IMG/VR virus record: IMGVR_UViG_3300032334_001937
Span: 1 to 64,000 of that record
Source: a virus
Reading direction: 5' to 3' (one strand)
Length of the DNA stretch: 64,000 bases
Below are positions 8,071 through 17,579 of this stretch, piece by piece. A program made the position numbers and the translations under genes. Under the pieces are notes generated by a model. That model had not been told where the DNA came from, searched no databases, and saw only the letters and a list, made by a program, of their open reading frames with translations. Numbering within the stretch: the stretch's first letter is position 1; the number at the start of each line of letters is the position of its first letter.

Positions 8071-9026
8071 AATCTTTTAATTACGATGTTGGGGCAACAA
8101 CTTTATTTAAAGATTTATTTTATAGAAATTTAACAAAAAGTCTACAAAAAAGAACACGTACGCTTAATACAACTTCATATTGGCCAGAGTCTGATGTGCG
8201 AATGAAAGTGCAATATAAAACAAACTCTTATGGGTACCGATCAGATGAATTTGGTCTAAATCAAGAAGTACTTGTACTTGGTTGCTCACAAACTTTTGGA
8301 CAAGGAATTCCGCAAGAATTTACATGGGCTAAAATTTTTTCTGACAGTATAAAAAAATCTTACGTAAATTTAGCTCAGCCTGGTGATAGCGCTCAAGCTC
8401 AAGTTCACAAAGCATTCAAATATTTTGAAGAGTTTGGTCATCCTGAAATGATAGTTGCTTCATTCCCATCAACTAGACTTGAAATGCCATATATTTCTCA
8501 AAAAATTGCTAGTAAACTTTCTTTATCTAGACAAGAATTTAAAGATGAACTACAAATGCAACAAATTTTTCTTTATGATCAAATAGAAAAGTTTTCAAAA
8601 ATTCCACACAGCCCTGAAGAAGTTTTACCAATAGAAGTTGGATTTTTTTATAGCTTTACTTTTGTTCAAATGTTACAGCAATACTGTAAAACCAACAACA
8701 TAAAATTAATATGGAATATGTGGGATGATGAATACTTTTTTAACTATGTAAAAATAAATGCTCCAGAAGCATTAAAAGATTATTTGCATTTTAATTTTAG
8801 ACAGTTCATGTTTGATAATCAAGATGGAGTAGAATACATTCAGCATGGTTCAGTAGAGAATGAATATATTGTTCCAACATGTCATGGTGATCTAAGGGAT
8901 CATATTTTATTCTATCGTGCAGCAGACTACAGACCTGGACACGGAAATGGACATTGGGGAATTCATCTGAATCAGCACATTGCCGAACACTTTTTACAAA
9001 GATACAACGAGATAAGGGATAGATAA
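8067..9026 (+). CDS. SGNH/GDSL hydrolase-like protein (paralog)
   Basis: YKTNSYGYRSDEF, LVLGCSQTFG, C-terminal HWG...HIAEHF. Confidence 0.65.
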   Translation: MKSFNYDVGATTLFKDLFYRNLTKSLQKRTRTLNTTSYWPESDVRMKVQYKTNSYGYRSDEFGLNQEVLVLGCSQTFGQGIPQEFTWAKIFSDSIKKSYVNLAQPGDSAQAQVHKAFKYFEEFGHPEMIVASFPSTRLEMPYISQKIASKLSLSRQEFKDELQMQQIFLYDQIEKFSKIPHSPEEVLPIEVGFFYSFTFVQMLQQYCKTNNIKLIWNMWDDEYFFNYVKINAPEALKDYLHFNFRQFMFDNQDGVEYIQHGSVENEYIVPTCHGDLRDHILFYRAADYRPGHGNGHWGIHLNQHIAEHFLQRYNEIRDR

Positions 9027-9030
9027 GTAT

Positions 9031-9654
9031 ATGAAAGATCATAAATTTTTTGAAAAACTTTTGGATAATGACCTAAGTATTTTGTCTAATGAATTAATTA
9101 ATAGGTATAAAGAAATAGAGGCATCAAAGTATTCAGGAACATTTGATATTTCTAGTGATGCATCTTGGGTAGAAAGTCAAAGTATATCTACTGCAAAATG
9201 GCAACAATATAATGTATTTCAGTTTCATCTAGATCAAACATATTCTCTATACAAAGCTGTTGCAGAAATGACCAAAGAAGCCTGTGAGTATTATGGATTT
9301 AACTTTGATGAACAAAAATATATGATTCAGGGCTGGTTTAATGTTAACTATAGGGATAAAGGTAAGCTTGGTTGGCACAAACATAATGATTACTTTGCCC
9401 CCGTATTTCACGGGTACTATTCTGTTAATGCAGAGCCATCAACAACAAACTATAAAATAATGCCAGATAGCAGAGAAGTAGATGTTGTTAATAAAAATAA
9501 CAAAGCTATTCTTTCAGAATTAGGACACTTGCATCAAATGGCAGAGTGGGATTGGGATGGACCTAGAATTACAATTGCATATGATGTATACCCATTAAAT
9601 ATTTTACAAAAAGAAAGAATGGATCAAGAACAGCATTGGGTTCCTTTATGTTAA
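9031..9654 (+). CDS. Putative 2OG-Fe(II) oxygenase (HxH type)
   Basis: QGWFNVN...WHKH...HGYY...H...RITIAYD. Confidence 0.7.
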   Translation: MKDHKFFEKLLDNDLSILSNELINRYKEIEASKYSGTFDISSDASWVESQSISTAKWQQYNVFQFHLDQTYSLYKAVAEMTKEACEYYGFNFDEQKYMIQGWFNVNYRDKGKLGWHKHNDYFAPVFHGYYSVNAEPSTTNYKIMPDSREVDVVNKNNKAILSELGHLHQMAEWDWDGPRITIAYDVYPLNILQKERMDQEQHWVPLC

Positions 9655-11099
9655 TTTTAGGCATTAATGAAACATCACATGATGCATCTGTCTCTTTAAT
9701 TCAAGATGGTAATATATTGTTTGCTGGACATGCTGAAAGATATAGCAAGAAAAAAAATGACTGGTATATCAATGATAGTTTAATTAAAGATGCGCTACAA
9801 TATGGTTTTCCAGATAGCATAGCCTACTATGAGAGACCCCTTCTTAAGGCTTCTAGGCTGCTTTTAAGGGGTGGATCTGGGGATTGGAGACCTAAGTATC
9901 AAATAAACAATATCTTTGGTAGGCCAGTACCAGTAAAATCATTTAAGCATCACTACTCACATGCCTGCGCTGGTTACTATACTAGTCCTTTTAATGATTC
10001 TGTTATTGTAGTTCTTGATGCCATTGGCGAATACAATACCTCCACAGTTTGGGTAGGAGAAGGAGAGCAAATAAAACTAAAGTTTAAACAGAACTATCCT
10101 GTAAGCTTTGGTTTATTTTATTCTGCATTTACACAGTTACTTGGCCTCATGCCAAACCAAGAAGAATACATTATGATGGGTATGGCTGCATATGGAGATT
10201 GGAAGAGATACTACAAAGAGGTAGATGAATACTTCACAAACTATCATACACAAAAGTACAACTTCCATAAGGGTATCCATGACTGGGGCATGTTAATTAA
10301 TGATCAGGATAGGTTTGATATTGCTGCTGCCGTTCAAGTTGTTTACACAACAAGGTTGATGGAATTTATGCGGATGGCTAAACTAATAACTGGTAAAAAG
10401 AACTTGGTATTAATGGGAGGCTGTGCATTAAACTCATCTGCCAATACAAGTCTTTGGAAATTGTTTGATGATGTTTGGATTATGCCAAACCCAGGTGACG
10501 CTGGATCATCACTTGGTGCAGCAACAGCCTTGTATGGAAAACATGTAGATTGGAAGTCACCTTACCTTGGTCATGACCTTGGCGGTAAGTATCCTGTACA
10601 AGAAATTATAGACGGACTACTTAAAGATAAAATAGTCGCAGTAGCAGCAGGTAGAGCAGAATATGGACCAAGAGCATTAGGAAATAGATCTATACTTGCT
10701 GATCCTAGAGATCCAAATATTAAAGATAAAGTTAATCTAATTAAACAAAGAGAACTCTTTAGACCATTTGCGCCAGTAGTTATGGAAGAGCATGCCTCTA
10801 AATGGTTTGACATGGAGTTTGCTTCTCCTTATATGCAGTACACAGTTAAATGTTTACAGCCAAACAAAATACCTTCAGTTGTTCATGAAGATGGAACCTC
10901 TAGAGTCCAAACAGTTAATAAAGAACAGCACAGAGGATTATGGATGGTTTTAAATAAGTTTTATTTAAAGACAGGTGTTCCAGTTTTGCTAAACACAAGC
11001 CTAAACATTAAAGGACAACCGCTACTAAACGATCAAAAAGACATTGCTGATTGGGAAAAAGAATACAACTTTAAGATTATTCAGGGCAGCAGTCTTTAA
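9648..11099 (+). CDS. O-carbamoyltransferase (NodU/CmcH family)
   Basis: ILGIN..SHDAS, HHYSHA, GGCALN, GDAG, GPRALGNRSILADPR, RELFRPFAP, DGTSRVQTV, LLNTSLN; start ATG 9648. Confidence 0.95.
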   Translation: MLILGINETSHDASVSLIQDGNILFAGHAERYSKKKNDWYINDSLIKDALQYGFPDSIAYYERPLLKASRLLLRGGSGDWRPKYQINNIFGRPVPVKSFKHHYSHACAGYYTSPFNDSVIVVLDAIGEYNTSTVWVGEGEQIKLKFKQNYPVSFGLFYSAFTQLLGLMPNQEEYIMMGMAAYGDWKRYYKEVDEYFTNYHTQKYNFHKGIHDWGMLINDQDRFDIAAAVQVVYTTRLMEFMRMAKLITGKKNLVLMGGCALNSSANTSLWKLFDDVWIMPNPGDAGSSLGAATALYGKHVDWKSPYLGHDLGGKYPVQEIIDGLLKDKIVAVAAGRAEYGPRALGNRSILADPRDPNIKDKVNLIKQRELFRPFAPVVMEEHASKWFDMEFASPYMQYTVKCLQPNKIPSVVHEDGTSRVQTVNKEQHRGLWMVLNKFYLKTGVPVLLNTSLNIKGQPLLNDQKDIADWEKEYNFKIIQGSSL

Positions 11100-11556
11100 A
11101 TAGTTTATCTATCTTGGACGCTGGAACACAATTAGGAACTGGCTTACCATTTTTGCCTGGCTTCATTCCTCTTTGAACATAACCATCCCAGCACGGTCCT
11201 TGCTTAGCAAAACTAAAGATTCCCTCAAATGGATCAAAATCTTTTTGTGCTGCAACTATTTTTCTTGACCATGAAAAACCAGCATCTCCACCCCATGCAT
11301 CCCACATGATACGACCATTAGATGGATTAGATGTATTGTTAAAATCTTTACCTTTTTTATCTACTTCATGCCTTGAAAAAAATGAGTACATTCTCTTAAC
11401 TGTATCAAGAGACATTGCAGCACCGCTAACTATATCGCTTGCTCTTCCCCAGCCTACAGGAGTGCCAGCACCAGTTGCCTTGCCATCTTCTTTCCACTTC
11501 AATGCACGTCTAGCAGCAGCCTTCATGCCAGCGTTTGGGGTATATGTATCAGCCAT
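11077..11556 (-). CDS. Conserved phage protein with C-terminal PCWxGY...VPNCVP motif
   Basis: KRMYSFFSRH and WDAWGGDAG module plus the PCWDGY..GMK...VPNCVP module common in phage proteins. Confidence 0.7.
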   Translation of the reverse strand: MADTYTPNAGMKAAARRALKWKEDGKATGAGTPVGWGRASDIVSGAAMSLDTVKRMYSFFSRHEVDKKGKDFNNTSNPSNGRIMWDAWGGDAGFSWSRKIVAAQKDFDPFEGIFSFAKQGPCWDGYVQRGMKPGKNGKPVPNCVPASKIDKLFKDCCPE

Positions 11557-11594
11557 AACATCTATTTTACCATAGACTGTGGTACAATGTTTAT

Positions 11595-12095
11595 ATGGAA
11601 GAAATGATTAATAAGCTAAAAGAATTGCTTGCAACCTCAATTGCCCTTAAGCATAAAGCACAGGGGTATCACTGGAATGTAGAAACTGATGATTTTCCTC
11701 AATATCACGAATTTTTTGGTGAGATTTATGAGGCTATAGATGCAACAATTGACCCTATGGCAGAGTGGATTCGTATGATGGGTGCCTATGCTCCATTTAA
11801 ACTTTCACGACTAGTATCATTAAGCACACTTCCAGAGACAGATGTTACAACAGACCACGAAGATATGTCTGCTGATCTACTCAAGGATCACAAAGCTGCA
11901 GCAGATGCATTTGGTGCTGCTTCCATAATGGCTGCCAACTTAGGACAAAAAGGACTTGAAAATTTTCTTGCTGATTGCATGACAACTCATCAAAAATATA
12001 CATGGCAACTTACAGCAATTGGTTCTGAATCATTGATGGAAGCATCAACAGAAAACATGGAACCTGCTGGTTCAAGACTTCCCGAAGAAGACTAA
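11595..12095 (+). CDS. dps: Dps (DNA-protecting ferritin-like protein)
   Basis: YHWNV, HEFFGEIYE and DPMAEWIR ferroxidase motifs. Confidence 0.9.
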   Translation: MEEMINKLKELLATSIALKHKAQGYHWNVETDDFPQYHEFFGEIYEAIDATIDPMAEWIRMMGAYAPFKLSRLVSLSTLPETDVTTDHEDMSADLLKDHKAAADAFGAASIMAANLGQKGLENFLADCMTTHQKYTWQLTAIGSESLMEASTENMEPAGSRLPEED

Positions 12096-12098
12096 TCA

Positions 12099-12746
12099 TT
12101 AAACTGTTGTTTTAAAAATTACAAAACAATAGCTAGCAGTATTATCAAATGTAACCAAGATAAAATTATATCCTTTTTCTTTCAGATATTTCTTTAGTGG
12201 CTCATAAGTATAGTAAGTATCTTCAATAATATAAATACCATTGTGTTTTAACTTATCCCAAGAATTTTCAAGCAGTGTAATGTTTGCGTGTGCCTCATGC
12301 AAGCCATCGTCAAGAATAACATCAAAGTCTGTTTCTCCTATACGCTCCCACATACTTTTAATAGATTCTGGATCAGTCTGATCAACCTGATAGGTTTTAA
12401 TTCTATCCTCTTCAAAAAGAATACGGTCATCTATATCTGCACCATATATCTGTGCATTCCAAAAGTAATCTCTCCAACCTCTTAAAGATGCTCCTGGTAT
12501 ACCGTTAGCAGTCATATTAGACTTTACATCTTCATTGTTTGTACCAATTCCACATTCAAATATTTTTTTTGCATCATCACGCAATGTAGCAAACAAAATA
12601 TGATAAATATCAGTGTATCTATTTGCTATCCAACCTGAAGGTGTTATATCAACTTCGTGAGGTGAGCCTTTGTCACTTCCGTAATTTCTCATTAAAGATG
12701 AAAGGAAGTTAGCACCTTTATCATATTCAATACTTATCTTGTTCAT
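12099..12746 (-). CDS. SAM-dependent O-methyltransferase (MycE-like)
   Basis: YGSDKG, IFECGIG, GASLRGWRDYF, FDVILDDGLH, GIYIIED. Confidence 0.85.
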   Translation of the reverse strand: MNKISIEYDKGANFLSSLMRNYGSDKGSPHEVDITPSGWIANRYTDIYHILFATLRDDAKKIFECGIGTNNEDVKSNMTANGIPGASLRGWRDYFWNAQIYGADIDDRILFEEDRIKTYQVDQTDPESIKSMWERIGETDFDVILDDGLHEAHANITLLENSWDKLKHNGIYIIEDTYYTYEPLKKYLKEKGYNFILVTFDNTASYCFVIFKTTV

Positions 12747-12747
12747 T

Positions 12748-13461
12748 TTATCCCCACTTCTTCATTACGAACTTATCATAAAAATATTCCATTGCAGACT
12801 TTGGTGGAAAATAGTTTTTATCTATTCCACCACGAGTTGTCATTGAGTGATAGACAGAAATACTCTTTGAAGTTTTTTCTAATAGTTTAATTTCTTTTGT
12901 ATGATTTGGGTTCCATAGTTTTTCCCATTGTGACCAGTGAACTCCACAAAAAATCTCTATTGGATGGACATGATCCATTAATTCAAATGCTCTAAATGTT
13001 TTGTCTACAAGTGCTGGTCCAACATCAGTCCATTTGATTTTTGTTTTATCAAACTGGGTTGACTTCTTAATTAAATATTTTAAAGCTGGGGAATCTTGCG
13101 GTAGAGCAAGAACACCACCAACTACTGTATCATTTTCTAGACAAGCATAGGTATCCCCAAGCCCATCCCAGTCAGGGGATAAACATATAGTGTCAGCATC
13201 TACCCACGCCAAACCAGTCTTCTTGATCATTCTATATCTGAATAGATCAGAGAAAGCTGCATATGTATTTTGTACCAGGAACATCTCAGACTCGTCCATA
13301 ATATCCCCCGCAAAAGCCTTCTGAACGCCCTCTGGGACCTTCATATCCATGTCATATACATAAAGGGTAAGGCTATGTCCGTGATATATAAAAGAGGATA
13401 AAGATACTTCTTGTATTTTTGTCATTGGATTTCCTACCCATAAAGATCCAAACTTAGCCAT
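12748..13461 (-). CDS. Glycosyltransferase, DXD type (GT32 / Gly_transf_sug-like)
   Basis: SLWVG, SDLFRY, WVDAD, WTDVGP. Confidence 0.8.
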   Translation of the reverse strand: MAKFGSLWVGNPMTKIQEVSLSSFIYHGHSLTLYVYDMDMKVPEGVQKAFAGDIMDESEMFLVQNTYAAFSDLFRYRMIKKTGLAWVDADTICLSPDWDGLGDTYACLENDTVVGGVLALPQDSPALKYLIKKSTQFDKTKIKWTDVGPALVDKTFRAFELMDHVHPIEIFCGVHWSQWEKLWNPNHTKEIKLLEKTSKSISVYHSMTTRGGIDKNYFPPKSAMEYFYDKFVMKKWG

Positions 13462-14053
13462 TATTTCCCCTAAGCATAATATTTGTTGCTGCCATGTTGC
13501 TATGTTGATAAAAAATTGGTTTCTTTAGGGCATAAACATTAAAATATTTTTGTACCAAAGCAAAGCCTTGATCAATGTGTTTATTATTATCTCCAGACCA
13601 CTTGGCAATTTTCTTTGCTAGGCTTATGTACTCTGGGGATATATATAATATGGCATGTGTAGCAAGCATTCCATTGATCCTATAAATACCCTGAAAACTT
13701 TCGTGTCTTTCATACTCTATGTTATTTAGTTTTGACTCACTATTAAGAAAACCCCACCCAGATAGGCCAAGATATAGTGCGTCCGTGTCATCTGGTATTT
13801 CAATAACATATGAATCATTTTTAATAACACAGTCATCTTCAAGAATTATAGTTGGCTCATTCATATTTTCTAAAATACTATAGTGAGATTTTGCACATCC
13901 AGCCATTGGTTGCTTTGGTAGTGCAACACCTTTAGTTCTTGAGTATGTTTTAAATCCTACATCTTTGCCAAGCTGCATCATATCAGCATTTCTATCTTTG
14001 TGTTTGTCCATGTTGATATAAAATGTTGGAAAATTTCTTAAATCAATTTGCAT
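13454..14053 (-). CDS. Glycosyltransferase, GT25-like
   Basis: YINMD...R, GCAKSH, ILEDD, THAILY. Confidence 0.75.
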   Translation of the reverse strand: MQIDLRNFPTFYINMDKHKDRNADMMQLGKDVGFKTYSRTKGVALPKQPMAGCAKSHYSILENMNEPTIILEDDCVIKNDSYVIEIPDDTDALYLGLSGWGFLNSESKLNNIEYERHESFQGIYRINGMLATHAILYISPEYISLAKKIAKWSGDNNKHIDQGFALVQKYFNVYALKKPIFYQHSNMAATNIMLRGNNG

Positions 14054-14939
14054 ATAAATAATCTTTCATACTAACCTGTGGTTCCCAACCAAAAGTACTT
14101 CTAAACTTTTCATTATTACAGAGAGTTTCTCTCATCTCTCCAATACGTGGTGGAAGATAAATAAAATTATCAGATATCATTGCAGCAATTTCATTTATAG
14201 AATAATTTACTCCGTTACCTAAGTTATATACTTGTCCAAATGCACTCTTACTCACATCTGTTGTTGCAGCAATTATATTTGCATTTACTACATCTGAAAC
14301 ATGGGTAAAATCTCTTCTTTGTTCTCCATCACCAACAATAGTTAATGGTTGATTATTTAGTTGTTGTTTTAAGAATAATCCTATTACTGGTGCATACTGA
14401 CCTTTTGTTGGTTGTCTATTTCCATATACATTAAAGTATCTAAAGATCACAGTATCAAGATCAAATAAATTACTATACATTGAGCAAAGTTTTTCTCCAT
14501 TTACCTTTGATACTGAATAAGGGTTTAAACAATCGTCTGGCTGTGTCTCTATATTAGGGATAGTATTATTTCCATAAGCAGATGATGTTGAAGAATACAT
14601 TACTCTCTTTACCCCTGCTTCACGGGCACACTGAAGTACAGTTGCAGTGCCAACAGAGTTTATACTTACTGCTTCTATTGGGTTTTTAATCGCTGCCTGG
14701 ATTCTTGATTCTGCTGCTAAATGAAATACATAATCAACATTATCATAAAGTAGACGAGTTTTTGCATAGTCTCTAATATCTAGTTTATGATTAATTGCAT
14801 TATCATTCCAGTGAAAGCTATCATGTGAGTCAGAAAACTCATTGTCAATAACTGTGACTTCATGGCCAGCATCAAGTAATTGATCAACTAAATTTGATCC
14901 AATAAATCCTGCTCCGCCTGTAACTATGCTTCTTGTCAT
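14043..14939 (-). CDS. NAD-dependent epimerase/dehydratase (extended SDR)
   Basis: VTGGAGFIGS, YSSTS, YSVSK, RYFNVYG, RDFTHVSD. Confidence 0.95.
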   Translation of the reverse strand: MTRSIVTGGAGFIGSNLVDQLLDAGHEVTVIDNEFSDSHDSFHWNDNAINHKLDIRDYAKTRLLYDNVDYVFHLAAESRIQAAIKNPIEAVSINSVGTATVLQCAREAGVKRVMYSSTSSAYGNNTIPNIETQPDDCLNPYSVSKVNGEKLCSMYSNLFDLDTVIFRYFNVYGNRQPTKGQYAPVIGLFLKQQLNNQPLTIVGDGEQRRDFTHVSDVVNANIIAATTDVSKSAFGQVYNLGNGVNYSINEIAAMISDNFIYLPPRIGEMRETLCNNEKFRSTFGWEPQVSMKDYLYAN

Positions 14940-14956
14940 TGTCTTCCGTTCTTCAT

Positions 14957-15667
14957 TTAATTATATCCTATTCCTAAGATATATTTATCTGTAAATTTTT
15001 GCTTTTCTGTTATTAAATTTTTTGCAGTAGCGTAATCATCATGTATAAATCTAATATCTGTTTCAAGCAATTTAATATCATACCCTGCAACATGTTTTGA
15101 AAAATAAGAAATCCAAAGATCATCAAGGATATAATATTCTTTAGGACATTTAAAGAAATCTTTATGTAAAAATAACTCAGAGTTGCAAACAAGTCCACCA
15201 CCACCTGCATAATTTCCAGACTGTTTTGGTTTTAGCTTATGCTTATTCCAGTAATCATCAATGATTTCATGTGCATAAAAAGATTTTACAACTTTATCTT
15301 CGTATTGATCATAGCAATCTTGAATAAAAGTATTTGGCAATCTTTCATCGTCATCAATAATAATAATTTTGTTATATCCATTTTTTGCAAGTTCTTTTGC
15401 TAACATAAACCTACTAAATATGCTATATTTATTATAATCTTCTTTAATAAAAATATTATATCTAAGATGTTCTAAAAGTTTTCTTGTTGTATTTAATATG
15501 TGTGGGTCTTTATTAGAATTATCTGATATGTAAAAATCAAAATCTAAATTTGTTTGCTCATTTAAATCATTATATGTTTTGGGTAGGTTTTTATATCTAA
15601 GATAGGTGCACATAATTACTGCAGTCTTAGATAAAGGTTTAATTTTATTTTCAAATTTATATTTCAT
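14957..15667 (-). CDS. Glycosyltransferase, GT2-like
   Basis: VIMCTY.R, FYISDN, IIIDDD, LDDLW. Confidence 0.7.
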   Translation of the reverse strand: MKYKFENKIKPLSKTAVIMCTYLRYKNLPKTYNDLNEQTNLDFDFYISDNSNKDPHILNTTRKLLEHLRYNIFIKEDYNKYSIFSRFMLAKELAKNGYNKIIIIDDDERLPNTFIQDCYDQYEDKVVKSFYAHEIIDDYWNKHKLKPKQSGNYAGGGGLVCNSELFLHKDFFKCPKEYYILDDLWISYFSKHVAGYDIKLLETDIRFIHDDYATAKNLITEKQKFTDKYILGIGYN

Positions 15668-15673
15668 GATATC

Positions 15674-15714
15674 AAAGAAAGAGAGGGGTAGGCCAGATAG
15701 ACATACCCCTCCCT
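15674..15714 (-). terminator. Rho-independent terminator
   Basis: AGGGAGGGGTA...TACCCCTCTCT stem followed by TTCTTT on the - strand, just after the 15721 ORF stop. Confidence 0.7.
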
Positions 15715-15720
15715 AAAGAA

Positions 15721-15990
15721 TTACTTCTTCTTTGCTGCAGCCTTCTTTGCAGGAGCCTTCTTAACTACCTTAGCAGTCTTCAAAGCCTTATCTACAACCT
15801 TTACATCAGGTAGGCGACCAAATGCTGCGTCATTTGGATTAATAGCTCTCATCAATACTGGAACAAGTGCACCAAGTAGTGAGTATGCTAGTGTTTGTGG
15901 ATCTGTAATTCCAGCAGCGTACATTGCTGTACCTGCACCAATTGCAGATCGTACGTATGAGGCAAGTGCCTTCTTTAGTTGTTCATTCAT
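15721..15990 (-). CDS. Small membrane protein, holin-like
   Basis: Two hydrophobic helices, NPND.AFG motif, KKAPAKKAAAKKK tail, AGGAGG SD. Confidence 0.6.
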   Translation of the reverse strand: MNEQLKKALASYVRSAIGAGTAMYAAGITDPQTLAYSLLGALVPVLMRAINPNDAAFGRLPDVKVVDKALKTAKVVKKAPAKKAAAKKK

Positions 15991-16000
15991 AATTTTCCTC

Positions 16001-16159
16001 CTAGGATATTACATTAGTTATAACTGTTGCGCCAATCCATATACCAATAATTCCTGCGAGTCCCGCAAAAACTGGAGGTGCTGGTACTGGCAATTTGAAT
16101 GCTGCAAATAATGCACCACATCCAAAACCTGTTAGTGTTGAAAGAATAATGTCTTTCAT
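16001..16159 (-). CDS. XapX / DUF1427 domain membrane peptide (52 aa)
   Basis: GALFAAFKLPVPAPPVFAGLAGIIGIWIG signature; not in the ORF track. Confidence 0.75.
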   Translation of the reverse strand: MKDIILSTLTGFGCGALFAAFKLPVPAPPVFAGLAGIIGIWIGATVITNVIS

Positions 16160-16572
16160 TTTGTTTCCTCTGCTGGCAATAATGTTTTTAATTTCTCATA
16201 CTCTTCCGCTATTTTCTTCATAGAATAATAATTTGGAGCCATTCCCATCTTATCTCCATATTCCTTAAAGTAGCTAATCTCTGGCGCTGTTTCGTTAATA
16301 AAATTATTTAACCCAGCCTGAACATTTTCAATATATTCATATGCCCAATCACGAGAATCAGACAAGAACTTAATAAAGTTTTCTTTATGCACACTCTCAT
16401 CTGACTTTAACTTAGACTCTTCAATATCATTAATTAATTTTTCAAGCAGCATCATATCAATAAATAACTTTTCATATTGATTGCGAATCTTATTAAAGTT
16501 ATATGAAAGAGTAATGTATGCAACGCTTACTGAAAATAAACATGTTGATAAAATAATAGTTGACATACTCAT
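16156..16572 (-). CDS. Hypothetical membrane-anchored protein
   Basis: N-terminal TM; FIKFLSDSRDWAYEYIE. Confidence 0.7.
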   Translation of the reverse strand: MSMSTIILSTCLFSVSVAYITLSYNFNKIRNQYEKLFIDMMLLEKLINDIEESKLKSDESVHKENFIKFLSDSRDWAYEYIENVQAGLNNFINETAPEISYFKEYGDKMGMAPNYYSMKKIAEEYEKLKTLLPAEETK

Positions 16573-16802
16573 TATTTAATTGCCTCTCTTGTAACCAATA
16601 CAATTGCACCATTTTGTTCAAGTGCATCTTTTACTTTTGCTACATACTGAATTGCTTCTATTTTTTCGTCATGAACCATTGGAAGAAAATCTTTTTCATT
16701 TAGCTTAATAGTCAAAAAACTATCATTATCAATTATATTTACACCAAAATTTTTTGGAGTATTAATTGAATGAACAGCCCTACGCATTTCTTCTGTATAC
16801 AT
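16572..16802 (-). CDS. Hypothetical protein
   Basis: Coupled ORF. Confidence 0.7.
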   Translation of the reverse strand: MYTEEMRRAVHSINTPKNFGVNIIDNDSFLTIKLNEKDFLPMVHDEKIEAIQYVAKVKDALEQNGAIVLVTREAIK

Positions 16803-17101
16803 TAAGATTCCTCACCTGATGTATGCTTGAATAGTTCTTCAAGAGATGTAAATCCAGTATCCTCATCAACATCAAGAGATTTCAAAAGAATAATCCAAGT
16901 TTCCTCAACATATCTTTTTGCAATTTCTGTTGGTTCAACTAACTCAGAGTCAATTAAAAAAGCAAGAGGTAAACCAAGATCATTATAAGATATAAAATCT
17001 TCAAATGTTTTTTCTTCTTTATGGTTTATCCATAATTCTGCAAGTATTGAACAAGCATCCTCAAAAGATGTTAGTTCGTCTCCGTTGTCAGAGATTGCCA
17101 T
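16802..17101 (-). CDS. Hypothetical protein
   Basis: Coupled ORF; YNDLGLPLA motif. Confidence 0.7.
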   Translation of the reverse strand: MAISDNGDELTSFEDACSILAELWINHKEEKTFEDFISYNDLGLPLAFLIDSELVEPTEIAKRYVEETWIILLKSLDVDEDTGFTSLEELFKHTSGEES

Positions 17102-17358
17102 ACATCACCCCATTGCTCTTTGCTCTTGTGTTTATTAAACTCTCGTGAAATTTCTCCACCTTCTAAGTATACACCACCCCAAACACCCCACTCTTTGCCT
17201 GACACACCGTTAGCAAAACATATTTTTGCAACAGGACATGAGGCACAAAAATTATCTATGTTTGATCTTAGTTCAACATCATCTTCGTATTTATCAAAAT
17301 ATAAATTTGTGTCTAATCCAAGACATTTAGCCTGATCTTTCCATAAATGTTGTTTCAA
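17071..17358 (-). CDS. whiB: WhiB-family Fe-S transcription factor
   Basis: W..QAKC...CASCPV...C and EWGVWGG. Confidence 0.9.
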   Translation of the reverse strand: MKQHLWKDQAKCLGLDTNLYFDKYEDDVELRSNIDNFCASCPVAKICFANGVSGKEWGVWGGVYLEGGEISREFNKHKSKEQWGDVWQSLTTETN

Positions 17359-17361
17359 GGA

Positions 17362-17571
17362 TTACTCCTTATACTTATTTGGAATATCCCAGCCTTGGCT
17401 ATTTACTTCATAAACTTTATGCAAATACCATTCGCCATTAATTCTAATACCTTGCGGAGATGTGCGACCAATGTCTGACTTCTTCAGGTCAATAATATTC
17501 CATCCATCCCAGCGAAGATTGCGATTCTTCTTAACAATTGATTCCATAACTTCTAGCTTGCTTATAATCAT
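17362..17571 (-). CDS. Hypothetical protein
   Basis: 69-aa ORF with GAGG SD. Confidence 0.7.
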   Translation of the reverse strand: MIISKLEVMESIVKKNRNLRWDGWNIIDLKKSDIGRTSPQGIRINGEWYLHKVYEVNSQGWDIPNKYKE

Positions 17572-17579
17572 TTTATACC

